A stretch of DNA of 64,000 nucleotides, from the NCBI GenBank assembly GCA_044892525.1, contig CM097886.1:120962001-121026000 (forward strand), in the 5' to 3' direction. Source of the DNA: Schmidtea polychroa. Lineage: Eukaryota. Under the pieces are notes generated by a model. That model was not told the DNA's origin and did no database searches. It saw only the letters and a program-made list of their open reading frames with translations. Numbering within the stretch: the stretch's first letter is position 1; each line of letters begins with the position of its first letter. Positions 51,192 through 62,622 of the stretch are shown piece after piece. The translations under genes and the position numbers were made by a program.

Positions 51192-53749
51192 CAGTGTTTC
51201 CCAACGTGGGGCCCACGCCCCACTTGGGGGCAATTTCGATTTCCAGGGGGGCAATTTCAATTTTAGGGAATATATGTTAATTTTAGGTTTGAGTTACGTT
51301 TTCTTTATTTTCTTCAGTAAAATTCGAGAATAGTCTACGAAATTTTAATATCCAATTCTTATTTAGTTTTATGTCTTTTTATTATAGATCGAAAAAATAT
51401 TCTTTTCATTATATTTTTAGTAAGAAAATTTTTGGGTTTTATCTAAGCAGAAGATCATCTTTTTCTTTATCTTCTGTTTATAATTAAACAGTATGGTAAG
51501 CATAAAAACAATAGATAATGAGTAAAATCGTGTTAAAAGATTCAATTCTTTATTTTTCATCCACAAAAAAACTATGGCAACTTTTTTTGATTTTTTCTTC
51601 AAATCTTATCCATAAGTTTTTTAAATAATGAAAAATAATAGTAAGAAATTTTAGTTTCTTAATTGTTTAGTTATGTTATATTTAAAATAATAGTAAGAAA
51701 TTTTAGTTTCTTAATTGTTTAGTTATGTTCAAATTTTCATTATTTTTTTGAATATTTTAAAAACTTTTGATCATTGTCTTTTAAAAAATATAAAATTTTT
51801 TTTAGGGGTAACAGAAAAATGAAGGAAAAAAATTATAATGATAGAACAAGAAAAGTGCGCTTGACAAAAAAAAATTCTTAAGTACTCACTAGAATATTTG
51901 AAATTTGGTTTTATACCTGCAACTTATGATGAAAGATTACCTTTGTGTCTGCTTTGTAAGCAATGTCTTACAAATGAATCAATGAAACGAGGTCGCCTCG
52001 AAGCACACTTTTTGGCCAAGCATAGTTCTTATAAAACATCTGATTTAGCTTTCTTTCAATCCTTAAAGAAACAATTCGAACAGAGAACAACTTTGACATC
52101 TTTGTTTACCCTTCATAGTTCTATAAGTGATCGTACACTTGAAGCTAGTTTTGAAATTTCAAAGATGATTGCAAAATCTGGAAAAAATCATACAGTAGGA
52201 GAAAGTCTGGTCAAGCCTTCGATTTCTGCATTTCTTAGGATAGTTATGGGTAAAGATGACGCGGATGTTAAGGGAATGCCGTTAAGTAATAATACTGTCA
52301 GTAGAAGAATTGATGAAATGAGTAAAGATGTGGAGAATCAACTTGTTGAGAAACTAAAAACTTTAAATTTCTCTTTACAAATGGATGAATCAACTTTTAG
52401 AGACAGCGAATCGATATTAATTGCTTACGTAAGATACATTGATAAAGAGGAATTTTTTGAAGAATTTTTATTCAGCAGATCGCTGGAAAGCACAACAACT
52501 GCGAAAGATATTTTAAATCATCTAAAAGATTATCTTACAATTAATAATATACCTCTAAGTAATATTACTTCCTGTGCTTCAAATGGCTGCCTTAAATTAC
52601 TTAAAGACGAAAATCCAGAAATGATGATTATTCATTGTGTCATTCACAGAGAAAATTTGGTAGCCAAGAAGATTTCTCCTAAGTTAAATGAAGTTTTACA
52701 GTCAGTTATAAAATGTATTAATTTCATTAAAGCCAATTCAAAGAATGAACGTCTTTTTAAGTTATTCTGTAAAGAACAAAATGAAGAATATATTCGACTT
52801 TTATTACATACTGAAGTAAGATGGCTTTCAAAAGGAAATTGTTTGGCTAGATTCATGGAGCTTTTTGATAGTCTTAGTGTCTTTCTTTCCGACAAGATTG
52901 AGATGAAATTCTTAATGACGAAAGATGGTAAGGTTTATTTGAGCTATTTAACAGATATCTTTGAGAAGTTTAATACTCTCAACAATCAACTTCAAGGGAA
53001 AAACAGAAATCTTATTGAAGTTAAAGCAAAAATTTTTAGTTTTATTTCGCTTTGAAAAATAAGTATTAAATCACTCTCAAAGAAAAACTTTGAAAGTTTT
53101 AATTGGCTTCAGAAATGTGAAGTAAGTGAATCAGCCAAGTCAGTGATTCTTGACCATTTAAAATTACTTATAGAAGACTTAGAAGAGAGGTTTTCAGACT
53201 TAAAAGAAATTATCTTCCCAAATTGGATAACACAGCCGATGCTTATAGATTTGGCAGAATTCGAAAATTTCGAATATATAGAAGAAATCGCTGAGATTCA
53301 AAACGATGAATCAATAAAAAATCTGTTTGGTTTGAAAGGGATAATGGCATGGCTTAGCGATGAGATGAATAAAAAATATCCAATGTCAACATCTTATGCA
53401 AGAAAACTATTATTACCATTTCCCACTACCTATTTATCTGAATGTGGATTTAGTGTAATTAATGATTTACTTATCAAGAAGAGAAATCGTTTAGATATCA
53501 TCGAAAGAGGAGATCTAAGGCTTAAACTTACCAACTTCGAACCTAATATTAAATCACTCTGCAGTAACCATCAGAGTCAATTGTCTCATTGAATAAAAAA
53601 ATTAATCTTTATCTATTAATTACGTATATCAATAAAATAGTTGGAAATTTTTTAAAAACTGTAAAATGTTTTGCATAGGGGGGGGGGGGGCAAAAGAAAA
53701 AAAAATTCAGCTAGGGGGGACATGAGCTAAAAAAGGTTGGGAAACACTG
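51192..53749 (+). mobile_element. Buster/Charlie-type hAT element (ZBED5/SCAND3-like)
   Basis: TIR CAGTGTTTCCCAAC, perfect TSD TTCTAAAT. Confidence 0.93.
51898..53592 (+). pseudogene. hAT transposase with a frameshift and a deletion of the DGA motif region
   Basis: LQMDEST, HCVIHRENL, EVRWLSKG and FPTTYLSECGFS present; the expected DGAPAM motif is missing. Confidence 0.88.
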
Positions 53750-54464
53750 TTCTAAATCATGTTTAAAAAATAAAGAACGCAAATATATTTTAGTTTTATT
53801 TATTTAATTATTATTATGATAAATAATAATCTTTTAATTACCAAAATAAGCAAAAATTCAGTGAAAATCTCTGTATATTAGTTTAAAATAAAAGTTCAAT
53901 ATTCGGAACTAGTAAACAGTGAAAAGGCAAAATTAAATGATGAAAAAAACCAATGTCAATACTGTCATTTGTACATAGAGAATAAAGAATCGTGGTTTGA
54001 ATTTCATTCAAAACGATTGGAAAAGTGAAGCAATTTCTTGGTTTGTTATTAACCGGAATTATAATTTCAACTTGTGTAAATTCTATACAAAAAATGGGGT
54101 ATTAATTTGCATTATATAAAAGGTAAATTGTTTGGAATTCGTTCCATCTTGAACGGGAAATTACTATTACGATTAATATTATTAGTAATGACAGTAGTCT
54201 CTGGGGTAGCTTATATTTTCTGATATTGCTTGATTTTCTGATATTAAGAATGTTGTGTAAAACTACCCCCAATAGGCGGTAATAATCGGTGTCATAATGG
54301 TATTTCTTCATATAAATGTTGATTCCAGTGGTAAAGGGAGTTCTGTAAAATTTTGTCTTGTTTTTCTTTGCTATAATGTTGAAGTGGGGAAAAATTTGTG
54401 GTGATAAAGGAGTAATTGATTATGGAATCTCGAGATCTTGACCAATATTTCGAATACCGGAAAA

Positions 54465-54606
54465 GACTTAAGTCCTTCTATCGGCAGTCGAAAAGTGGAA
54501 AAGTCGAGTTAGGGTGAAGGAGTAGTCCTAAGGTAGGGGCTCACCTGCTTCATAGTAGTTCACCGGCATGGCACAGTACCAACATGATGTAAATCATCTG
54601 TCATGT
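54465..54606 (+). ncRNA. Structured RNA motif M5
   Basis: TAAGTCCTTCTATCGGC; TGAAG-GAG-TAGT-hairpin-GCTC-ACCTG-CTTCA; CATGGC..GTCATG stem enclosing ACAGTACCAAC and ATGAT-GTAA-ATCAT. Confidence 0.72.
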
Positions 54607-54607
54607 T

Positions 54608-55737
54608 GTGGAAATAATCGTGTGGGTTTTTGGTCAGCGGTCCGCAGAATATGCTGTAAGGTCATTCTTTTCGGACTATCATCCTCTAGTAATTAGTAAC
54701 CTCTTGTTGACCCTGCCGACTACCCAACAGTATAATGATATCCATAATGATGCCAATACTGTATCACCTCTTCATCCCGTGTCCTGCTTAGGCGATCATC
54801 CCTCTTCACCTCAAGTGGCCGCTCCAGGCAAAACTGAAAAATCGCAGAACAAGTTCTCTTCAAATTTCCAATTCCGTTGCGAAATGAGGAAACTCAACAA
54901 CTGGAAAAAATTCAAGGTAGACCCGAGTCATAAACACCGCGTTCGGGACCTTAACACCGCTCTTTCTCTTTAAACAGACCTGCCTCAGGATCCGGCTCTC
55001 TTGTCAATGCTCCTACGATATCGTGCAACGACACTGTGTATCTTACACCTGCTCTTTCACCCCCTCTTCTGTCTGCAACCATTACGGCTAGTGCAGCCAC
55101 CGACGTCATCTCACCCCAAATTGTTCAAAAGCTCATCCATACTCCAATTTTATCTCCTAACACAGATACAACTAACAACAAGCATATAACACCACAAACT
55201 CAAACTTCACAGACCCCCTCCTGAACACAGACCTCTTCCCAGAACTCCGACATCACTCATGACAACAATACACCACCGCGCAAAGTGACCATGGCCAACT
55301 TCTTTCTAACAATCAAACGACACAACCAAGCCACAGTCAACTTATATTCGTCGCCAACTGACAGGACAAGCAATAACACCCCGCCCCAATTTCATCAACC
55401 CAAACACTAACATGATGGCTCGGACCACCTCTTTTCTCTACCGTGACACAAATCGAAATCACCTGATAGCTCTATGTCCACTGTGAACCCTCAACAAATA
55501 AAGAAACTTCATCACAAGTCAAAAAACGCCCATAGCCGCAGATCATACTTTAACGATAAGCGTAATATCAATAACAGAATCGACAAAATGGAAAACGCCC
55601 TACATAAAATTGCCCACCATCTCACTAAACTGGCCTCTGACAAATATGGCATGGACGCCACGCGCCTGTCCCCAACGCACCCCAGCCTCTCCACATCTTA
55701 CCAGTTCGTTAATGAAGACTCACGCGTCGACTGCTAG
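54608..55737 (+). pseudogene. Degenerate Pro/Ser/Thr-rich ORF of unknown origin downstream of M5
   Basis: Locally GC-richer chain of short same-strand ORFs; no diagnostic motif recognised. Confidence 0.3.
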
Positions 55738-55899
55738 CAGTGCAGGCCCAAAAAGGGAAATGAAAGATTCACCATGAACCACGTCAAATTCAAAGACCTT
55801 TATAATCATGTTGACCACTTTACAACATGGCCATGGAAGAGATGATTTTACAACAATCAGGAAGAATTGTAGAATTAGTCAATAAGGTAGCGGAGCTCG

Positions 55900-56110
55900 A
55901 TCGAGACAGCAACGGCTGCGAAGGTTTTATACATCTGACAGTTAACCACTCTATACATTTTGTTGACCCAATAACTTTTGCGACAACTAACCACGTGGAA
56001 AGTATGTGGCAAAAAAATGAGACAAGCACATAAGTCTCGCTATGGTACTCATAGGACAATGCTGACTTCTTATTTAGTCGAATTCATGTGGCTTCAGAGA
56101 TTTGAAATTT
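55900..56110 (+). pseudogene. Merlin (IS1016/ISXO2-like) transposase C-terminal fragment
   Basis: [29 protein letters not shown], then after a frameshift [21 protein letters not shown]. Confidence 0.85.
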
Positions 56111-57849
56111 ATTGAATTTGTAAAGGACGTTTATGATATATAAATATGATTATTACATTAATTCTTATTATTTTTTATATAATATATTTATTTAAATATT
56201 ATTTAATTAAATAATAAACGGGGGGATTAAAGTGCATAAGTACCGCGATTGGCTTCCTCTCAATAAAAAACTTACTAAATATGAACTAAAGAAACGCTTT
56301 AGATGTCAAATTTTTCTGTGTCATAAAGATTCAACCCCCTCTTATGGTTGTAATATATGTAAAAAACCTAACTGTTGAAGTCATTTATGTTTGCTATCAT
56401 TGTATCATAATGTATGTAATCCGTTTTTTGCAATATGTTTGTATTTAGAAAATAAATTGTTATCTTTAATATTTTAATTAGGATAAATTTCGGCTAATAT
56501 TTATGGGTGTTAAAATTACCCCAAACTTACTTAATGTATAGAAAGAGAACTCTGGATTAGTGTTAAAAAGATGTTGAACAATTAACATACCGTATACTCC
56601 TTTATATTTATTATGCAACCCAAAAAACAACTAACAAATTATATAATTATACATAATCTTGTGTAAATATATTGTAAGCGATAATATAAATATACAAAAT
56701 TGTGCAATTACTTTGAGAATCTTTGGATGCGCATCAATCGCCAATTGAAGATCCAGATCAAGACAAGTGGCCAGATGTTTCCGTCATCCTTGCGATAATT
56801 TGAAATTCGGTCAGAAGTAATATAATGTTTGCCGTATCTATTTTGCTTATTTCCGAGCAATATCGTGTGGTCTAAATGACTAATTTAAAAAACTGTTATT
56901 CCATAATTCCTTGTTTCATATAATTAAAATCGCTAAAGCTACATAATACCCATATTTATTTAACATAAAATCCGATTACTGCTCTAAGTAAAAGCAATTT
57001 ATAAAAATGTATTTAAAATGATTGATTAATTCAATGAGCTTTGCTAGATATGATTTTTCATTGGCAAAGCTATTATTAGTAATCTATAAAATGAATTATG
57101 TGTCAAAGAATTTTCTAGAAATAAACAATAAATTACTTTGACAAAATCTAAATTAATTTTTAGCAAAATCCAAACAAATTACTAATAAGTTGCAAACTTT
57201 GTATACATAAATTCAAAAGAGTTATTTATTGCTCTCATTTAAACAATTTCATAGTTGTTAAATGAGTATGATTTTCAAACTTTGCTTAATTTAATAAAGG
57301 TGTTTTCAATATATAATTTGCAAAAAAATATTATAAACAATTTTTTGATATTTTTAAATTGTGCATTAAACTATTTATAATATATCAATAAGAATTCTAA
57401 TGTTCCTGAAAATGAATTACTTTATTTTTAAAAATTCTTAAGTTATACATGATTGAACTCATTTTTCTTTCTTTATTTATTATTAAATTAGAATATGGTC
57501 CAAAATTATATTTAATGCAGATTTTTTAGCTTGAAATTTGCAAAAATGTATTAAAAGAAAATAAAATAGAGACAAAACAAAAATCAGAATGTAAACTTTT
57601 TCTTTTTAAATGATATTTGACTTTACAAACAACACGCAATAAATTCTACTGTGTCTTATTATATGTGCTAGGGGCTCCGGGCAAAAGACCGACAGACAAA
57701 AAGCCAGTGTGAACAAAAGCAAACAAAAAGAACTTGTTTTATTTTAATAACAATTAAATAAATTGTTATTTGGATTAAGTTATTATTTATTTCATGTATT
57801 ATAATTTATAAGTTTTTTCTTGTAAAGAATTAGACGATTGTAAACATTA

Positions 57850-58240
57850 GACGATTTACACATTCCAGGTGATTATGTGAATGGCCGATTAAGGAACATA
57901 AATCGAAGAGAAGTGAGGGACCAACTACTTTTTCAGTCTCAGCTTTGGTCTGTATATGACAACGAAATAAACGGCATACCAAGAACTCAAAACAAAGTAG
58001 AGGGGGTTGGCACATAATATGGCAAATATTGGTTGGAAAAATCCAAGAACAAATCCGCACCTCAGCTGAAATGGAATCCATAATTCTTGTGCAACTATGC
58101 CCTAAACGCTAAAAACAATGTGTAGAGAAATACCAAAGATTGGCAACGATTGAAAATAATCGACATCAATGAACAACGTTAGAATTTTTTAGATTCTCAA
58201 CGTTGCACTGGTGACTATGTATGTCTATCAAATATGAAAG
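57850..58240 (+). pseudogene. MULE transposase C-terminal fragment
   Basis: QLWSVYDNEINGIPRTQNKVEG-WH matches the RTNNxxEGWH signature. Confidence 0.75.
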
Positions 58241-59644
58241 CAAAGTCGGGTTAGTGAATTATTTATTGTGAAATACGAAATATTACCAATACAGATTCCG
58301 TTAAGAAAATGATTCTACTGAAAAGATGGTGCGTGTTGTATAGGTGTTATATATTGTATATGCGAGTTATGTTGCTTGTAAAACCTTGAACGTTTTTGTT
58401 ATTTTACTGTTCTGGTTTAAAAATTAATAAGGATTTTCCCTTTATAGTTTACAGTAGAAATGGTAAAATATTTTGGCGGCCACTACTGATTTTGGGTCGC
58501 TATTTATATTATTTTCATGGGCGTTAACATAAGGAAATTTATTTATTTATTTAAAGCGTATGTCTTTGTTAAAATTTAATCATGTTTTTCTTTATATATT
58601 TATTTAGCTTTATATTAAAAATGTTCTTTGTTAAAATATAAAATTATGCTTTTATATATTTATTTAACTTTAAAAATATTTCCATTATTCTTTGTTAAAA
58701 AAATGTTATTCTTTCATTATTTGCTTAAGCCGAGCTGTCGCAAAATTCGTTTACTCGGGCCGAACTGTTATAATTTCTTCAAGCGTTGTTTTATTATATT
58801 TATTGCTCTAACGGAGCTGTTGTTCGTTTACAAATATCATTCAATAGAAATTATTAAAATTATTTAACGAGATTTAATTTGAAAATTATTCTATTTTTTT
58901 TGACAAAATTTAATTTGTAAATTTATTTTTATATTTTGAAAAGAAAATTTTCCCTTTAAATTATATAATTAAGTGTACATAACACAAAATAAATAAACCA
59001 TCAATGCATACGATATAAAAATGTTAATAATAAATTGTTCATCACATATTATATACAAGTTAACACGAGTTATCAAATTGTTTATTGAATAGATTTGATA
59101 TCGGAATTGAATTATATGGATTATATTGTATTGTCTGGTTTTGTCATTTTTCTTTATCTGATTTACGCATAAATATTAACTCTGTATCTATTAGCTCCTG
59201 TCCTATAATATTTTGTGAGTTTAAAATTTTCGATGACCCTGCCTCTGTCATCCAACAATAGTAAATAAATAAATTTAAAACATTTAAATGATGATGATAT
59301 TCAGAGTTTCAGTCTAAAATGGGAAACAATGGATGTTTATTTGCAAGTCGATTAAAATTGTGATCAATAATTAATATTGTGTATAATAAAATTTAAATGA
59401 ATTATATAAGTAGTGGGAAAGCGGTCCACTAAACCAGCGGCCCTCTGGGACAAAGAAATACCCCACCCCCCGGCATTAAAAAATTTTTTCAAAGTCAAAT
59501 TTTAAACAAAGGCATATGCTGGGGCACTACTCGGTTGACCACCCTTAATTCAACTTTTAGCCTAGGAGATGAATGCCCATTCCGATTATGCTTGTCATTA
59601 GTTTGCCAACCCCGAGCAGGACCCGTACATAACCTACTCTCCAA

Positions 59645-59787
59645 CATAGCACCCGTGAATTACTTCACGTTGGAACCGTGCTATGCCGGCGAGACGCCAG
59701 TAAGCAGGTGAGCCACTCCCTTCGGACTACTCCTTACTGAGGCCTCGACTTCCTACCCTTGACTGCCGATAGAAGGACTTACGTCTC
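59645..59787 (-). ncRNA. Structured RNA motif M6 (best preserved)
   Basis: GAGACGTAAGTCCTTCTATCGGC; CAGTAAG-GAG-TAG-TCC-GAAG-GGA-GTGG-CTC-ACCTG-CTTACTG; CATAGCAC-GGTTCCAAC-GTGAA-GTAA-TTCAC-GG-GTGCTATG. Confidence 0.75.
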
Positions 59788-60074
59788 TTTGTTCTGTCAC
59801 CCATCGCAATGCCTCTAGTTTGGGTTTCCAACTGACTAATACTTCTCGAATTTTAGAGTCTCTCAATATTATTTACCAACTTTGTACTGAACCTATTACA
59901 AAAGAAAATAAATATAAATAGACGAAAAATGGTTTATTTTTAACATTTATGTACAGATAGGTCGATAATTTACACAACAGAATCACAGGGATAAGAAGAA
60001 TGTAAGAACAGAAAACCGTTATTAGTTTGATTTCAGGATTCTCCGTAGGATGAGGTCGTTTCACAGGAAAGTTC

Positions 60075-60824
60075 TCATTTTTCCCACTCCGTGTCGGCCA
60101 GCAGTTCTTCCAGGTTGAAAAATTCGGAGGCGTTCTCCTCCCATGTTACCCCAGCGGCAGATATAATTCGCCCTGGTATGCCGGAGGTTAGATCAACCGT
60201 GGCAGGGAGTTCGTTGACTTGAATCGCGAGATCCGTTGGTTGCTGGAGCTGCTTCGCGGCTATTCGCTCCCGCTGCTTCTTTTTGCGTTCGGCCCTTGAT
60301 AATTGCCGACGCTTTGGCTTTGCGGTCGATGAATTGTTCGGGGCTGCTGCGGATGTAGAGGCGATGTTAGGCGGCACCTGACTATTTCCAACAAAGATAA
60401 CTTCAGGCTGTTCCGGCGAAAGTTGAGTTTCTACGCACGGCCGGCAAGACTTCTTAGAAGGAGGTGACGATCTGGCCGATGTGTCATGGTGTGCCGGAAA
60501 AAGATTGTCGGCTTCATGGATAGGAATTTTTACTATCTTCCTAGTGGTCGCTGCCTGTACATATACTTTGTGCAGCGCTTCGGACTGCTCCTTTATTAAG
60601 CTTCTTTGGGAACGACTCTCGGAGATTAGAGCGTCCCGACAATGTTCACTTCGGTATAACCTCTTCTGAGTTTCTTTCATCTGGGCGGGACTAAACCATG
60701 TCCCTTCTAACTCGTCTATTTTCCTCTTATACCGTCCAATCTGGGTCTGTAGGTCTTTGATTATTGCATTCTTGTCTGAACAAGAAAAGCAGGGTTTGAG
60801 AACAGGTCTTGAATTGGGTAACAT
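60075..60824 (-). CDS. ORF-X copy D, intact 249-aa unknown protein
   Basis: ATG follows TTTTCTTCATAGCCATCAG. PCFSCSDKNA, coiled coil, EGTWFSPAQMKE, EHCRDALISESRSQR, Arg/Lys-rich KRRQLSRAERKKKQRER and C-terminal FFNLEELL. Confidence 0.85.
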   Translation of the reverse strand: MLPNSRPVLKPCFSCSDKNAIIKDLQTQIGRYKRKIDELEGTWFSPAQMKETQKRLYRSEHCRDALISESRSQRSLIKEQSEALHKVYVQAATTRKIVKIPIHEADNLFPAHHDTSARSSPPSKKSCRPCVETQLSPEQPEVIFVGNSQVPPNIASTSAAAPNNSSTAKPKRRQLSRAERKKKQRERIAAKQLQQPTDLAIQVNELPATVDLTSGIPGRIISAAGVTWEENASEFFNLEELLADTEWEK

Positions 60825-62622
60825 ATCTGATGGCTATGAAGAAAAGATAGAACTAAAATAAGATAAACCAAATTATAACGTCATCATCCCGACACAATTA
60901 TTCGTCAACTAGGTATTCCTATAGAAAAGAAACGGGTAGCTAGCAAGAGGAGTTTCTTTGGATTCATCAATATTCATTCCCTCTGGATTATTTACTTACA
61001 AGAAAACTGACCGGCAACACATGACTGTGTCTAACGAAGGTAACGCATTATTGTTGAAAATGAAAATTACATGTTTATGAAATTATTACAAATTGAATTT
61101 GCCTTGAAAATGGTAAATAGTATTGAGGAGCTCAAACTAAAATACATGACTAATTTATAAAAGGAAATTATTCAATATGCAGATTTTATAGATAGATAGG
61201 TAAATCAATTGCAATTAATTATTAATTATAAATATTAACTTTTTTGAAATTCCAATAATGTGGACTTAAAACATCCGATCGCCGCTGTTGATTATCTGTG
61301 GCTAGTGTTAAATCCATTAATGACTGATGATTTTATCTATTGGTTGAAACTACACATGACGCACCAGGTAGGATTTCTCATGACAATTGTTCGCTGCGAA
61401 TCTGCCTACTGCTATTGGATAACTGAACAATTCTAATGCTTGTGACGCATGGAAAATTATTTTCGTACGATTGCGCTTAATCATGATTGTGTTGTCACTG
61501 ATGGGTATTCTCATACGGGTTCCGTTTACTGGAATTCACAATTTGTGCCTGTGCCTGTATGCGTGTGTATTCACTCCATGGAACTTTAATCCGATTTACA
61601 TGTTGCGTGGATTTTCAGATGTTACCTCACACTGCTTTGGATTGCTGTCCATCAGAAAAATTAAATTAGGAAATTCTCTCTCGTCGTAACTGTTGGATAT
61701 ATTGCTTCGTGGATGAATTATTCAACTATTCAAGATACATGCACCGATCTTAACTCGTGGATATCGACCATCTCGGAATTTATACAAATATGAATTTTTA
61801 TGCACTATCTCCTATGTAAGTATGTCAAAATTTGTTTTCCTTTTATGTAATCAAATAAAGATCTTTGCATATTTTGTCTTGTTTTCGATTGTATATTGAT
61901 GATATATATACATAGCTATTCTACTGCCAAAATAAGTGTTTTTAAACTACATTCATTGTTAGAACCGAGTATGAGTGGCAATTTCGAGGTGAAGGAATAA
62001 TCTACAGACAGATGATGCTTACTCTATTAACGAAAATGACAGATCTAGACCTACGGTTGACGGTGACACTAAATTTTCAGATTACGAGAATTTTAGTTTG
62101 AAGAATTATTGTAGATACGAAGACTTTTGACTCGCTCAGTCACTGTGATTCGCTGCTACTACTTTTCCTACAAATTAGATTGATTCCACTCCTTCTTTCT
62201 GATTATTCCAGAGACATTTTAGAGTGTCCTTCAGCGACGGACCCGTGAGGAAGCCCCCACATTACGGCCCGAATCAGCTGCGTGATTGAAACGTCCCACA
62301 CCCACCGGATGAGCACCCGAAGGCCCATTACACCATGGTATGGAACGTCTCAACTCCACGTTCCTCGTGAGATTAAAATCATAAAATAATAACCCATAAA
62401 AACAATTATAAAAATCTAGAATAACTCGTTTATTATTAGTGATTACGATTAAGCAGCTAAATTATTTAATAAATTAAACTCATTATTACGGAATCAAACG
62501 AAAAGAAAATCATTTCAAATTAAAAATTTAATTATTTCGCAAATATACATGATCATTATTAACCGTTTAAAATAAAACAAAAATATAAAATAAAATGTCC
62601 TTACTAAGTGTTTTAAATAGAT

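Noticed and set aside
51200-51212. tRNA-Lys PBS-like CCCAACGTGGGGC
   Set aside because: It is part of the hAT TIR/subterminus (CAGTGTTTCCCAAC) with a perfect 8-bp TSD, and lacks the TGG start.
54550-54570. Group II intron 5' end similarity (CCGGCATGG) in M5/M6
   Set aside because: No GTGCG start, no domain V and no intron-encoded RT; a 9-nt match is compatible with chance.
59645-59787. Motif M as hammerhead, HDV, hairpin, group I intron or RNase P/MRP
   Set aside because: No CTGANGA/GAAA core, no nested double pseudoknot found, group I R/S-like words in the wrong order, and candidate P4 pairing does not covary across copies.
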